In this document: positions 28,584 through 37,360 of the stretch, one piece after another
Layout: the number at the start of each line of letters is the position of its first letter
Position numbering within the stretch: the first letter of the stretch is position 1
Program-made: the position numbers and the translations under genes
DNA from: Candidatus Thorarchaeota archaeon
GTDB taxonomy: Archaea > Asgardarchaeota > Thorarchaeia > Thorarchaeales > Thorarchaeaceae
Direction: 5' to 3'
Assembly (NCBI GenBank): GCA_048882045.1
Contig: JBHLRZ010000002.1
Span: 32,001-96,000 of the forward strand
Length of the DNA stretch: 64,000 nucleotides
The notes under the pieces: generated by a model
What the model saw: only the letters and a program-made list of their open reading frames with translations
Databases searched by the model: none
Told to the model about the DNA's origin: nothing

Positions 28584-29348
28584 ATGTTCTTCACATTCAT
28601 TGTGGGTACAGCAGGGTCTGGTAAGTCTCTGCTTACTTCATCATTGGAAAAGTGGCTTGTTGGATCAGACTTGAGTGTCACCGTGGTCAATCTTGACCCT
28701 GGTGTTGATTCACCACCATACACAAGTGATGTGGATATCAGAGAATATGTTGACTATGGAGAAGTGATGAACTCTTTCAGCCTAGGACCAAATGGTGCTC
28801 TTGTTGCATCTTTGGACATGGCAATTAGCCATGTCAATGACTTACGGGATGAGATTATCGAAACAGAGCGAGACTATATTCTCGTAGACTGTCCGGGCCA
28901 GATGGAACTGTTTGCATATAGGAACTCAGGGCCTTTGATGGTGTCTAGTCTCAAAGGAGATGACCCAGCACTTTCACTCTATCTTCTTGATTCCAATATC
29001 GCTCGTACTCCGACGGGATATCTCTCATCCACACTCTTAGGAATTTCCATCAGTATTAGGTTTGGGCTTCCACAGTTGAACGTCCTTAGCAAGCCTGATA
29101 TTCTTAATAAAATCGAGCTGGAAGAAATTGTTGGATGGGGATCAGAACTGTATCTGCTTGAAGATGCCCTTGAAGCATCTGATGAAGGACTACGTAGAGA
29201 ATATTCGAGATCTATTCTTGAGATGCTGGAAACTCTTGACACAGCCACCGGTTGTATACCTGTTTCGGCCAAGAATATGACTGGGATTGACGTGTTGTAT
29301 GGTGAGATGCAACGAGTTTTTTCAGGCGGAGATAATCTATACGAGTAG
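28584..29348 (+). CDS. GPN-loop GTPase
   Basis: GTAGSGKS, NLDPG, LGPNG, DCPGQMELF. Confidence 0.95.
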   Translation: MFFTFIVGTAGSGKSLLTSSLEKWLVGSDLSVTVVNLDPGVDSPPYTSDVDIREYVDYGEVMNSFSLGPNGALVASLDMAISHVNDLRDEIIETERDYILVDCPGQMELFAYRNSGPLMVSSLKGDDPALSLYLLDSNIARTPTGYLSSTLLGISISIRFGLPQLNVLSKPDILNKIELEEIVGWGSELYLLEDALEASDEGLRREYSRSILEMLETLDTATGCIPVSAKNMTGIDVLYGEMQRVFSGGDNLYE

Positions 29349-29358
29349 TGATGTCTAG

Positions 29359-30381
29359 TTGACCAGATATTTCGTCCATACATCTGGCGAAAACAGCAGT
29401 ATTGCTCAAGCTGAAGTCAATACCCTAGTTCGTCTTTTGGATTTGAAACAACCCTTATGGAAAGGTCGTATAGGGCTAATCGATAGTGTGAAAGATCCTG
29501 TTCCTTTCTTACTTGATAGGGCTGCAATGGTCAAGGAAGCTGGAATTGTTCTTGCAACATCAACAGATATCGATTCGGTATTAGTAGATGTTTCTGATGA
29601 TGATTTGATGCGGTCTGTTCTTCGCACTGATACATTCTCAGTGAGGACTATACCACTGGGAAAAAAGAACGAATTCAGTTTGAGACAGGACATAGAAATA
29701 GCAGTAGGAGCTCATATCAAAAAAGTAACAGGCGCTCAGGTTTCCCTTAACAACCCACGAGTACGAATACTCATTTTTCTTTCTGAAATTGCTAATTGGG
29801 TTTGTGTGTCAAAAGCTTCCAAGCTTCGGTTTGAACTTCGCAATCGCGAACCCGGACAGAAGCCTTTCTTTCACCCGAGCATGATGAATGCATCCCTTGC
29901 AAGGGTCATGTGTAATCTTGCTGGTGTAATGCCTGATGAGGTTGTCCTAGATCCGTTTTGTGGAGGAGGAGGAATCCTATGTGAGGCATCTCTGATTGGA
30001 GCAAAAACAGTTGGTATTGATTTGAATTGGAGATTATTACGGGGAGGACTGAAAAATCTGGCCGCAATAGGAAACAATCATAGCTTTATTCAGGGTGATG
30101 TCCGGAAAATACCAATTAGTAAGTGTGATTGTATCGTAACTGATCCACCATACGGAAGGGCGAGTTCGACAAGAGGAGCACACTCTATCAATCTCATTGA
30201 AAGCCTAATGAAAAAAATCGATTCACTTCTCAGGAGGCGCGACGAGAGTTTGTGTATCTGTGGGGATATTGAAATGAATATTCAAAACATTGCAGAGTTG
30301 TATGGTCTTACTATCAATAAAGCGCTTCGGATTAGAGTGCATAGTGGACTTGTCAGAGAAGTATTGACAATCGGATTCTAG
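29359..30381 (+). CDS. tRNA (guanine-10-N2)-methyltransferase (Trm11/TrmG10), THUMP + MTase
   Basis: FFHPSMM, LDPFCGGGG, TDPPYG, RVHSGLVR. Confidence 0.88.
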   Translation: MTRYFVHTSGENSSIAQAEVNTLVRLLDLKQPLWKGRIGLIDSVKDPVPFLLDRAAMVKEAGIVLATSTDIDSVLVDVSDDDLMRSVLRTDTFSVRTIPLGKKNEFSLRQDIEIAVGAHIKKVTGAQVSLNNPRVRILIFLSEIANWVCVSKASKLRFELRNREPGQKPFFHPSMMNASLARVMCNLAGVMPDEVVLDPFCGGGGILCEASLIGAKTVGIDLNWRLLRGGLKNLAAIGNNHSFIQGDVRKIPISKCDCIVTDPPYGRASSTRGAHSINLIESLMKKIDSLLRRRDESLCICGDIEMNIQNIAELYGLTINKALRIRVHSGLVREVLTIGF

Positions 30382-30800
30382 GCAATTATACGCCCATTCT
30401 TTGTCGGAGGTGTAAACCAATGAAGAAACTCCTCGAATTGAGATTCGTCATTAAAGACAAGAACGATTTCGATGGTTCCCAAAGGTGGCAAAGTTTCACT
30501 GTCATCAATGACCCGCAATTTTCCAATGAATGCTGTTTGTTTGTCGAAATGAATTTGAGTGGATGTCCCATTCCAGTTCGATAACAGTCGCTTGCGTGCT
30601 ACATCGATTATTCTTTCATCATGGATTGACTGACGTACAAATCCAAGAGAATCCTTTTTAGAATCACTAAATACGAGTTCAGAAATCTCTTTGTATTCCT
30701 CATACAATATTTCGTGTGGTCCAATGATGTTCTTGATGGCTTGTTCGACTTTTTGTAAATCCTCTGTTGGGTTGACTGAACATCTGACCAAAATGTCCAT
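30378..30800 (-). CDS. DUF54/UPF0201 RNA-binding protein
   Basis: VNPTEDLQKVEQAIKNI, IIDVARK, KQTAFIGK, PLGTI. Confidence 0.85.
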   Translation of the reverse strand: MDILVRCSVNPTEDLQKVEQAIKNIIGPHEILYEEYKEISELVFSDSKKDSLGFVRQSIHDERIIDVARKRLLSNWNGTSTQIHFDKQTAFIGKLRVIDDSETLPPLGTIEIVLVFNDESQFEEFLHWFTPPTKNGRIIA

Positions 30801-30801
30801 C

Positions 30802-31341
30802 TCAAGTCAACCTCTTAACGAGTTCCACTGACAGTTTCTGAAATTCAGTTAACGTTCCATCATTGACAATCATTATGTCACTTAGTGCGATTACGCCTCC
30901 TAGTCCAACCGAGATCTCTCTTATGTCACGCTCTTTAAAAATCTCCCAAGTAGGAGGTGCGTCATCTCTGTTCCGTTCTTTTAGCCGTCTGAACCTTTCT
31001 TTTGGTGCAGAATGGACACAAACTATTACAACATCATCAGAATAGTCATCAAAGACTTCAACTTCTGCTATACTTCTACACCCCTCAATGACAACTATCT
31101 CTGTTTCAATTCTCTTCAACTCATCAACGCAGCATGATGCAACAGCTCCAGGACCACCTTTCTCTCGCAACTCCAACATGACTTTCTTGGTGTTCTCTGG
31201 ATCTGGCTCAAGACCGCGTCTCCTAGTTTCCTCGCGAATGACATCCCCCATCACAATTACTGGCACTCCGACATCATTGAATGCCTCTGCAATCCCACTC
31301 TTACCTGCTCCAGGCATTCCGGTCACAATTATCAGTTTCAA
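30802..31341 (-). CDS. UPF0200 P-loop kinase (dephospho-CoA-kinase-like)
   Basis: VTGMPGAGKS, MGDVIRE, R.R.DAP, RDIREI..GLG.VIA. Confidence 0.85.
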   Translation of the reverse strand: MKLIIVTGMPGAGKSGIAEAFNDVGVPVIVMGDVIREETRRRGLEPDPENTKKVMLELREKGGPGAVASCCVDELKRIETEIVVIEGCRSIAEVEVFDDYSDDVVIVCVHSAPKERFRRLKERNRDDAPPTWEIFKERDIREISVGLGGVIALSDIMIVNDGTLTEFQKLSVELVKRLT

Positions 31342-31473
31342 TCTGTTTCTCCTCAGACCTGACTTTGCATGCGACCATTCGTTCTTGATGGTCCTTTAAG
31401 AATTCCCGTACTACTCCCAAGCGTTACCATAATATTGAGTTGGACACATCAAAACTCGTCAGGGTGGTATATT

Positions 31474-32034
31474 ATGAGTGACCTAGTAAGAGCATTTCTT
31501 AGTATCGATATTGATGATTCGTTATTGCTCTCTAAAATTGAACAAATTCAGCAGAGATTGGATCAACAGGCTGCTAAGATGAAACTTGTAGAAATCAATA
31601 ACATCCATTTCACTTTGCATTTCTTTGGTGATACTAGACAGGAAAGAATTAATGAAATCAGAAATCAACTTGGCAAGATTACAGTTGACCCTTTTGAAAT
31701 TGGAATTGAAGGAGTAGGAGCTTTCCCCAACATACGACGACCGAGAGTAGTATGGATTGGAGTGCAGAAAAACTGGGAACAAGTTCGTAATCTCAAGCTA
31801 CAAATCGATTCACTGCTCGAGGATATAGGGTATCAACCAGAGAAGAGAAAGTACACCCCTCATGCAACAATTGCAAGGGTACGTTACGTCAAAGACTCAA
31901 GTAAGGTTGTTGATAATCTTGAAGAGCTAGTCGACGAGTCGATAGGACTTATGAAAATTTCCGAGTTTACTATGAAGAAGAGTATTCTTACTCCAAAAGG
32001 TCCAATATATGATACATTATGGAGAATATCGTAG
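31474..32034 (+). CDS. thpR: RNA 2',3'-cyclic phosphodiesterase (2H family)
   Basis: RAFLSID, HFTL, GAFP..RPRVVW, PHATIAR, TPKGPIY; start moved to ATG 31474. Confidence 0.92.
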   Translation: MSDLVRAFLSIDIDDSLLLSKIEQIQQRLDQQAAKMKLVEINNIHFTLHFFGDTRQERINEIRNQLGKITVDPFEIGIEGVGAFPNIRRPRVVWIGVQKNWEQVRNLKLQIDSLLEDIGYQPEKRKYTPHATIARVRYVKDSSKVVDNLEELVDESIGLMKISEFTMKKSILTPKGPIYDTLWRIS

Positions 32035-32113
32035 ATTGTTGGTAGGTGGATACACTTCTTCAAGAAAAGATGAATGTTATATTGCAGCATTCTATGAATT
32101 TTGTCAAGTGAAT

Positions 32114-32152
32114 GTTCGCAATCTGCGAACGTTTATATATACCAGCGAACAC
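32114..32152 (+). repeat. 39-bp direct repeat, left copy (palindrome GTTCGC-N5-GCGAAC + TATA + half site)
   Basis: 34/39 identical to 33653-33691. Confidence 0.88.
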
Positions 32153-32160
32153 TTTAAGAT

Positions 32161-32841
32161 ATGCGTTTGGTAGACAATATTTTTTCCCCGACTGCATCGA
32201 GAGTTATTAGATGTTTACTCGTAAATATCGGGAAAAATTGGACAATCCGAGAACTGGCAAAAGAAGCTAACACTTCTGTCGGGTATACACACGCGATTAT
32301 AGCTACATTAGAGAGAATGGAATATGTAGTGAGAACTGAAGAACTCAAACTTGCTCTTATGAATCCCTTAACACTGATTAGAAGATGGGCTGCTCATCGT
32401 GATTATAATTACGTCAATGATTTTCTTGATTATTATACATTTGACAATGAAATCGAAAGTGTCTTCCATACATTTGAGAGAAATCTCAAGAATGAGGATT
32501 ATTCAGTCACTTCTCTTGCTGGTGCTTGGTTAGTTTCAGGTTATGTTAGACCTATCGATATTCACCTTTACATCAAGAATCGGAAAGACGCAGAGAGAAT
32601 ATCTCAATTGCTGGACATCAAACCAACTGCTGGGAAAGGAAACATCAGAATGGTTATTCCAGATGATTCAGGAGTCTTCTATGGTTCTAGGATAATTCAA
32701 GGAGTAAAGGTTGTGTCGAATATACAGCTTTTTGTTGATCTCCAAAGCTATCCTACAAGGGGTGAAGAGGCTGCACAGAATTTGTATAACTCTATAGAAA
32801 AGAGATGGATTGAACATTCAACAGGTGAGCTACATGTATGA
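32161..32841 (+). CDS. Type IV toxin-antitoxin antitoxin, AbiEi-like (wHTH + C-terminal domain)
   Basis: TIRELAKEANTSVGYTH wHTH; VTSLAGAW, GNIRM, VSNIQLFVDL..RGEEAA. Confidence 0.82.
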   Translation: MRLVDNIFSPTASRVIRCLLVNIGKNWTIRELAKEANTSVGYTHAIIATLERMEYVVRTEELKLALMNPLTLIRRWAAHRDYNYVNDFLDYYTFDNEIESVFHTFERNLKNEDYSVTSLAGAWLVSGYVRPIDIHLYIKNRKDAERISQLLDIKPTAGKGNIRMVIPDDSGVFYGSRIIQGVKVVSNIQLFVDLQSYPTRGEEAAQNLYNSIEKRWIEHSTGELHV

Positions 32842-33652
32842 TAGAGTTCTAACTGAAATCTCAAAAGGGTGTCTAGTTGAAATTCTACTTGAACTCGGTG
32901 CATATCGACAAGACATTGTACTTGTAGGAGGATGGGCGCCTTATTTTCTAACCCAGAACTACTTCGACCATTGTGGTTCAATTGACATTGATTTCGTTCT
33001 AAATCCATCAATCATGATCAAATATCAAAGTATAGAAGGAATTATTCGAAATCTAGGTTATATTCAGACATCTAACATTTTTAGATGGAAACGAACTATA
33101 ACTAATTCTAATACTAAACGACAAACTACTATTCATCTAGATTTTCTCACTGAACCAGAAGCTGCCCACAAAACTATGGAGATGAAGCATCTAATAGAAG
33201 TTCAAAAAGATTTGAAGGCTTGCCTGATTAAAGGAGTAAGTATTGTATTGAGCTTCAACTATGAAGAAAATGTCGAAGCCACTATCCCGGATAATGGAAT
33301 AGCCAATGCTAAAGTCAGAGTTGCTGATAGCGTTGGTTCTCTAACAACAAAAGGACAAGCAATACTGGGTAGGAAAAAAGCAAAGGATTACTATGACATT
33401 TATGCCATAACAGGATTTCACAAAGGGGGCCCAGATAAAGCCGGAAAAGCTTTTGCACAATCGATTAACAACAAGGGATTCAATATTTCAAACCCATTAA
33501 TCTCATCCAGTATTTCAACAATTAGAAACTCTTTTTCTAGTATAAATAGAATTGGTCCCAATGAGGTTTCAAGATTCATTGGATCTGATACCAAAACCGA
33601 TGCTTATGAACGAGTTAATAGATTTCTTGAAATTGTGCATGGAGAGTTGTAA
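32810..33652 (+). CDS. AbiEii-like nucleotidyltransferase (putative toxin)
   Basis: LVGGWA, GSIDIDF, LDFL, K..A..GR.KAKDYYDIY. Confidence 0.82.
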   Translation: MNIQQVSYMYDRVLTEISKGCLVEILLELGAYRQDIVLVGGWAPYFLTQNYFDHCGSIDIDFVLNPSIMIKYQSIEGIIRNLGYIQTSNIFRWKRTITNSNTKRQTTIHLDFLTEPEAAHKTMEMKHLIEVQKDLKACLIKGVSIVLSFNYEENVEATIPDNGIANAKVRVADSVGSLTTKGQAILGRKKAKDYYDIYAITGFHKGGPDKAGKAFAQSINNKGFNISNPLISSSISTIRNSFSSINRIGPNEVSRFIGSDTKTDAYERVNRFLEIVHGEL

Positions 33653-33691
33653 GTTCGCTATCTGCGAACATATATGTATACAAGCGAACAC
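33653..33691 (+). repeat. 39-bp direct repeat, right copy
   Basis: Starts immediately after the toxin stop codon. Confidence 0.88.
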
Positions 33692-33773
33692 CTTCTTTTT
33701 CCAATGATTCTGCTTTGTAAATTGATTATCTTCAAAGTATGATTAATTTACAACTAGTGATTTCTTAGAATAA

Positions 33774-33882
33774 TGGTGGGCCGGGGGCGACTCGAACGCC
33801 CGATCTCTTGCATTCTGTGACTTGAGGCTTGACTTCCTCAGCCGCCCCAAGCAAGAATCATACCAAGCTAGACTACCGACCC
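33774..33882 (-). tRNA. tRNA-Pro(GGG) with a 32-nt intron at 37/38 (33813-33844)
   Basis: GGGTCGG/CCGGCCC acceptor, CTTGC/GCAAG anticodon stem, loop TTGGGG|T, intron hairpin, encoded CCA. Confidence 0.92.
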
Positions 33883-33945
33883 GTGATTGTTTGCCGTAAC
33901 TCGAAGTGAAGATAAACATTACCACTCATCAAGATAAACGAATCT

Positions 33946-33961
33946 TAGAACATGTGTTCCA
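33946..33961. repeat. Palindrome copy 5 (reverse complement TGGAACACATGTTCTA)
   Basis: 15/16 match to copies 1 and 3; between tRNA-Pro and the HDAC gene. Confidence 0.75.
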
Positions 33962-34034
33962 AAATCATGATTGCGAGGGAATCATTAGACTTCAGACTTA
34001 TCAGTATCTTTCTATTCATCATTCTAGATTGACC

Positions 34035-35084
34035 ATGACCGATTTGGTATATCATGAGAAATTTGTCCAACATGTGATGTCACCTGGACATCCAGAAAAC
34101 CCAGATCGGCTGAGTAGTGCAATGAACTCCTTCAAAAAAGCGAATTTGCTCGATAATCCAAAGGTAAATTTCCTCTCACCTCAGAAAGCTCCACTTGAGA
34201 AGATATACCCTGTCCATGAGGAAAGATATCTGGATGGGATTAAAGCCAAGTCGGAGAAAGGGGGTGGATTCTATACCATGGACACTTCTGTCAATCAGCA
34301 CACTTACGATGCTGCGTTGTTGGCAGCAGGTGGTGGAATCAACGCTGTTGACAGAATCATGCAGGGCGATTCTGAAAATGCGTTCTTGTTGTGCAGGCCT
34401 CCTGGCCATCATGCAGAATACAATCGAGCCTTTGGGTTCTGTTTCATCAACAATATTGCAGTAGCTGCTCAACATCTACTTAGTGAATACAACTTGCAAC
34501 GAATATTGATAGTCGATTATGATGCTCATCATGGTAATGGAACTCAGCATACATTCTACTCATCAGACAATGTGCTGTATGTTGGATTACACCAAGATGG
34601 TAGGACTCTATTCCCGGGCTCTGGATTTCCCAATGAAATTGGGGAAAATAGAGGAGTTGGGTATACTGTAAATCTCGCGATGTATCCAGGAGCAGGAGAT
34701 ACCTCATACAAGCTCTCGTTTGATCGTGTAATTGGTCCTCTTGTGAAATCGTACAAACCAGATTTCGTACTTGTGTCAGTTGGGTACGATGGCCACTTCA
34801 GAGACCCATTGACTTCTCTAGGTCTCACAACATCTGGCTTTGCTATGATGAACTCACGTTTGAACCAATTGGCCAAGTCCTACTCAGATGGTAGAATAGC
34901 TTGTTTCTTGGAGGGAGGATACAATCTGGATGTTATGGCCAAATGTCCACTCAATCTACTTCAGGAGTTAGCAGGATTGAAAGTGTCATCGTTCGATGAT
35001 ACCTATACTGAAAGCGAAACAAGTTTGAAGTATACAGAAGAACTCATTGAGGTAGTTGTTCAAAATTCTCCATTGCTAAAGTGA
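34035..35084 (+). CDS. Histone deacetylase/acetoin utilization family Zn-dependent deacetylase
   Basis: HPENPDRL, RPPGHHA, GFCFINN, DYDAHHGNGTQ, GYDGH..DPL, LEGGY; start moved to ATG 34035. Confidence 0.95.
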   Translation: MTDLVYHEKFVQHVMSPGHPENPDRLSSAMNSFKKANLLDNPKVNFLSPQKAPLEKIYPVHEERYLDGIKAKSEKGGGFYTMDTSVNQHTYDAALLAAGGGINAVDRIMQGDSENAFLLCRPPGHHAEYNRAFGFCFINNIAVAAQHLLSEYNLQRILIVDYDAHHGNGTQHTFYSSDNVLYVGLHQDGRTLFPGSGFPNEIGENRGVGYTVNLAMYPGAGDTSYKLSFDRVIGPLVKSYKPDFVLVSVGYDGHFRDPLTSLGLTTSGFAMMNSRLNQLAKSYSDGRIACFLEGGYNLDVMAKCPLNLLQELAGLKVSSFDDTYTESETSLKYTEELIEVVVQNSPLLK

Positions 35085-35086
35085 AA

Positions 35087-37339
35087 CTAACTATCAAAAT
35101 CCTCTAGTAATGTCTGAATGGAATTACCTTCGTCGTCATCTATCAGAAGTTCGTCCACTATCACAGTTCCTGGCTTTACGTCAACACCCAACTGTTTCTT
35201 AATTGATTCTGCAATTGATGAACCGATAGTTGGAATCCTTGCCAGTTTTTCAATAGGAACATTGTAGAGGTCAGATAATGATGTTAGATCATGATTGTGA
35301 AGCATTCGACCTCGAACACGACCTATGCCTTTCAGATTCACAAGTTCAAGTATCTCTGGTTTTACTCCATAGCGGAGTCTTGATCGTAACTCATGAAGTG
35401 GAGGGATGTGGTCTGGGGCATCAACAATTCGAGCGATTTCTGATGCGGCATATGCCAACCATTCCGCTGATTGGACAAATCTGTGAACATCCCCCATTCC
35501 GACATTGTATTGCTCTGTTATGTTCTTGTCAGTCACTTCAGAGATCCAATCTTGAAGCAGCTTTGCTGTCTTTAATTCTGCCAGAAAGTCTGCATATCTT
35601 CGAACCCCCTCTTCCTCGATAGGAGGTTCTATCATGAGCTCTTCTGAAAAATCATAGAGCAGACTATCGTATTCTTCAGCCTCAGACTGAGTGACGTATG
35701 AAACCGGTTGATCGGGCGTATGACAGATAAGATGTAGCAGTCCAATTGTACTGTGTCTTTTCGTTTCTGTGAGAACATCTCGGAGAAGCATAGCAGTGTA
35801 GGGATTAATATAGAGTCGTGATGCTCTTTTCCCTAAGGGTGTAGCTTTAAGCTTGTTTGACGATGATTCAATGAGTCCTCCGGTTTCAAGGAATCCCAGA
35901 GCATCAGAGATGAGGGAATCAATTTCCATTTGCCCATTTTTATGAAAGAAGAAAGTACCCGAGATTAATGAGTCGATTTCTTTTCGGTTCAAGGTCATCT
36001 CAGTAGCTATGGAAGCCAAAAGGTGAAACCGAACAGCTTGAGGAGATGCAAGTTTCGAGTTAATCTCTTCTGGTTCTGAAAGAGTATAATTATCAATCAA
36101 AAAATCATGTTCAGGTTCAGTCCTTGCGAATAACACAGCCTCTCCATAATCATCATACTTGGGACGACCGGCACGACCAGCCATCTGTTTGTATTCTAAG
36201 ACCGGGATGGGATAGCTTCCTCGATCCTGTTCGAATCGACGATAATCACGAATGATTACACGCCTTGCAGGTAAATTGACACCTGCAGCAAGTGTTGGTG
36301 TGGCAACAATTACCTTCAGTAAGTTGTCTTTGAAGTAATCCTCGACAAGTGTTCGTTCCTTGTTATCAAGTCCTGCATGATGGAATGCTACACCATTTGA
36401 TATGAGCCGAGCAAGGGTTTTGGAGGCTTCTGGTGCTGAAGGAGTCGAAGCAATCTTCTTGGCACCATTTGCCAAGAGGTGCATTGCTTCCTCTGGTATA
36501 TAACGGCGTAGTGACGATGAAAGTTTCTTTGCTACAGTAACAGTAGAACGACGACTTGATACGAACACAAGGACCTGTCCATCTTCTTCTAGAGTGTCAC
36601 AGACTATGTCAGCTAGTTCTTCTCTTCTCTCTCTGGGTATAATCCTTGAACTGCTTCTTCCATCCTGATAGAAGCTAATCTTGCCATCAAGATAGACTCC
36701 CTCATTGAGGGGTACTGGCCTCCATGTACTTTTTACTAGCTCAGCATTGAGCCATTCAGCAATCTGGTCAGCATTAGAAATCGTGGCACTCAACGCAATA
36801 ACTTGGATGTTCTCAACAATCTGCATGAGCTTGGCTAAGACCATCTCTAGAGTTGGACCCCGATGAGAATCATTGATGAGATGAACTTCATCTGCAACAA
36901 CTATCCCAATATCTTCAATCCACTCTGTTTTGTTACGGACCAGAGAGTCTGCACGTTCTGTCGTTACTACAACTATATCAGCATCTTTCAAAGTCCTTCC
37001 AGGGGAATCATAATCTCCGACAGACATAGCAGTGGTAATCCCTAACTCTTCGTATTTCTTGAAATCAGCATACTTCTCGCGTGCAAGTGATCTCAGAGGA
37101 ACAAGATATAGTGCTTTTCCACGCCCATCAAGAATTGACTTCAACATACAAATCTCGGCGACTAAGGTTTTTCCAGAGCTCGTAGGAATTGCTAGGACTA
37201 GATTCTTTTCTTTGAGAACCCCTGTTTCAAACGCCTTCTGTTGCGGTTCAAAGAGCTCTGAAACACCATGCTTCTGAAGATGTGAGATTATCTTCTTGTT
37301 GATTTCCAGCTCTTCCAACCGAATAGTTTTCATCTCCAC
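35087..37339 (-). CDS. hel308: Hel308/Hjm SF2 helicase
   Basis: PTSSGKT, DEVH, LSAT, HHAGL, QMAGRAGRP, GIGRVRGR; C-terminal PIP-like QTLLEDF. Confidence 0.96.
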   Translation of the reverse strand: MEMKTIRLEELEINKKIISHLQKHGVSELFEPQQKAFETGVLKEKNLVLAIPTSSGKTLVAEICMLKSILDGRGKALYLVPLRSLAREKYADFKKYEELGITTAMSVGDYDSPGRTLKDADIVVVTTERADSLVRNKTEWIEDIGIVVADEVHLINDSHRGPTLEMVLAKLMQIVENIQVIALSATISNADQIAEWLNAELVKSTWRPVPLNEGVYLDGKISFYQDGRSSSRIIPRERREELADIVCDTLEEDGQVLVFVSSRRSTVTVAKKLSSSLRRYIPEEAMHLLANGAKKIASTPSAPEASKTLARLISNGVAFHHAGLDNKERTLVEDYFKDNLLKVIVATPTLAAGVNLPARRVIIRDYRRFEQDRGSYPIPVLEYKQMAGRAGRPKYDDYGEAVLFARTEPEHDFLIDNYTLSEPEEINSKLASPQAVRFHLLASIATEMTLNRKEIDSLISGTFFFHKNGQMEIDSLISDALGFLETGGLIESSSNKLKATPLGKRASRLYINPYTAMLLRDVLTETKRHSTIGLLHLICHTPDQPVSYVTQSEAEEYDSLLYDFSEELMIEPPIEEEGVRRYADFLAELKTAKLLQDWISEVTDKNITEQYNVGMGDVHRFVQSAEWLAYAASEIARIVDAPDHIPPLHELRSRLRYGVKPEILELVNLKGIGRVRGRMLHNHDLTSLSDLYNVPIEKLARIPTIGSSIAESIKKQLGVDVKPGTVIVDELLIDDDEGNSIQTLLEDFDS

Positions 37340-37360
37340 TGAGATTGTTGTAGGGTCTTT

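Noticed and set aside
33743-33925. 60-aa minus ORF (likewise 62334-62522)
   Set aside because: These overlap tRNA genes; not coding.
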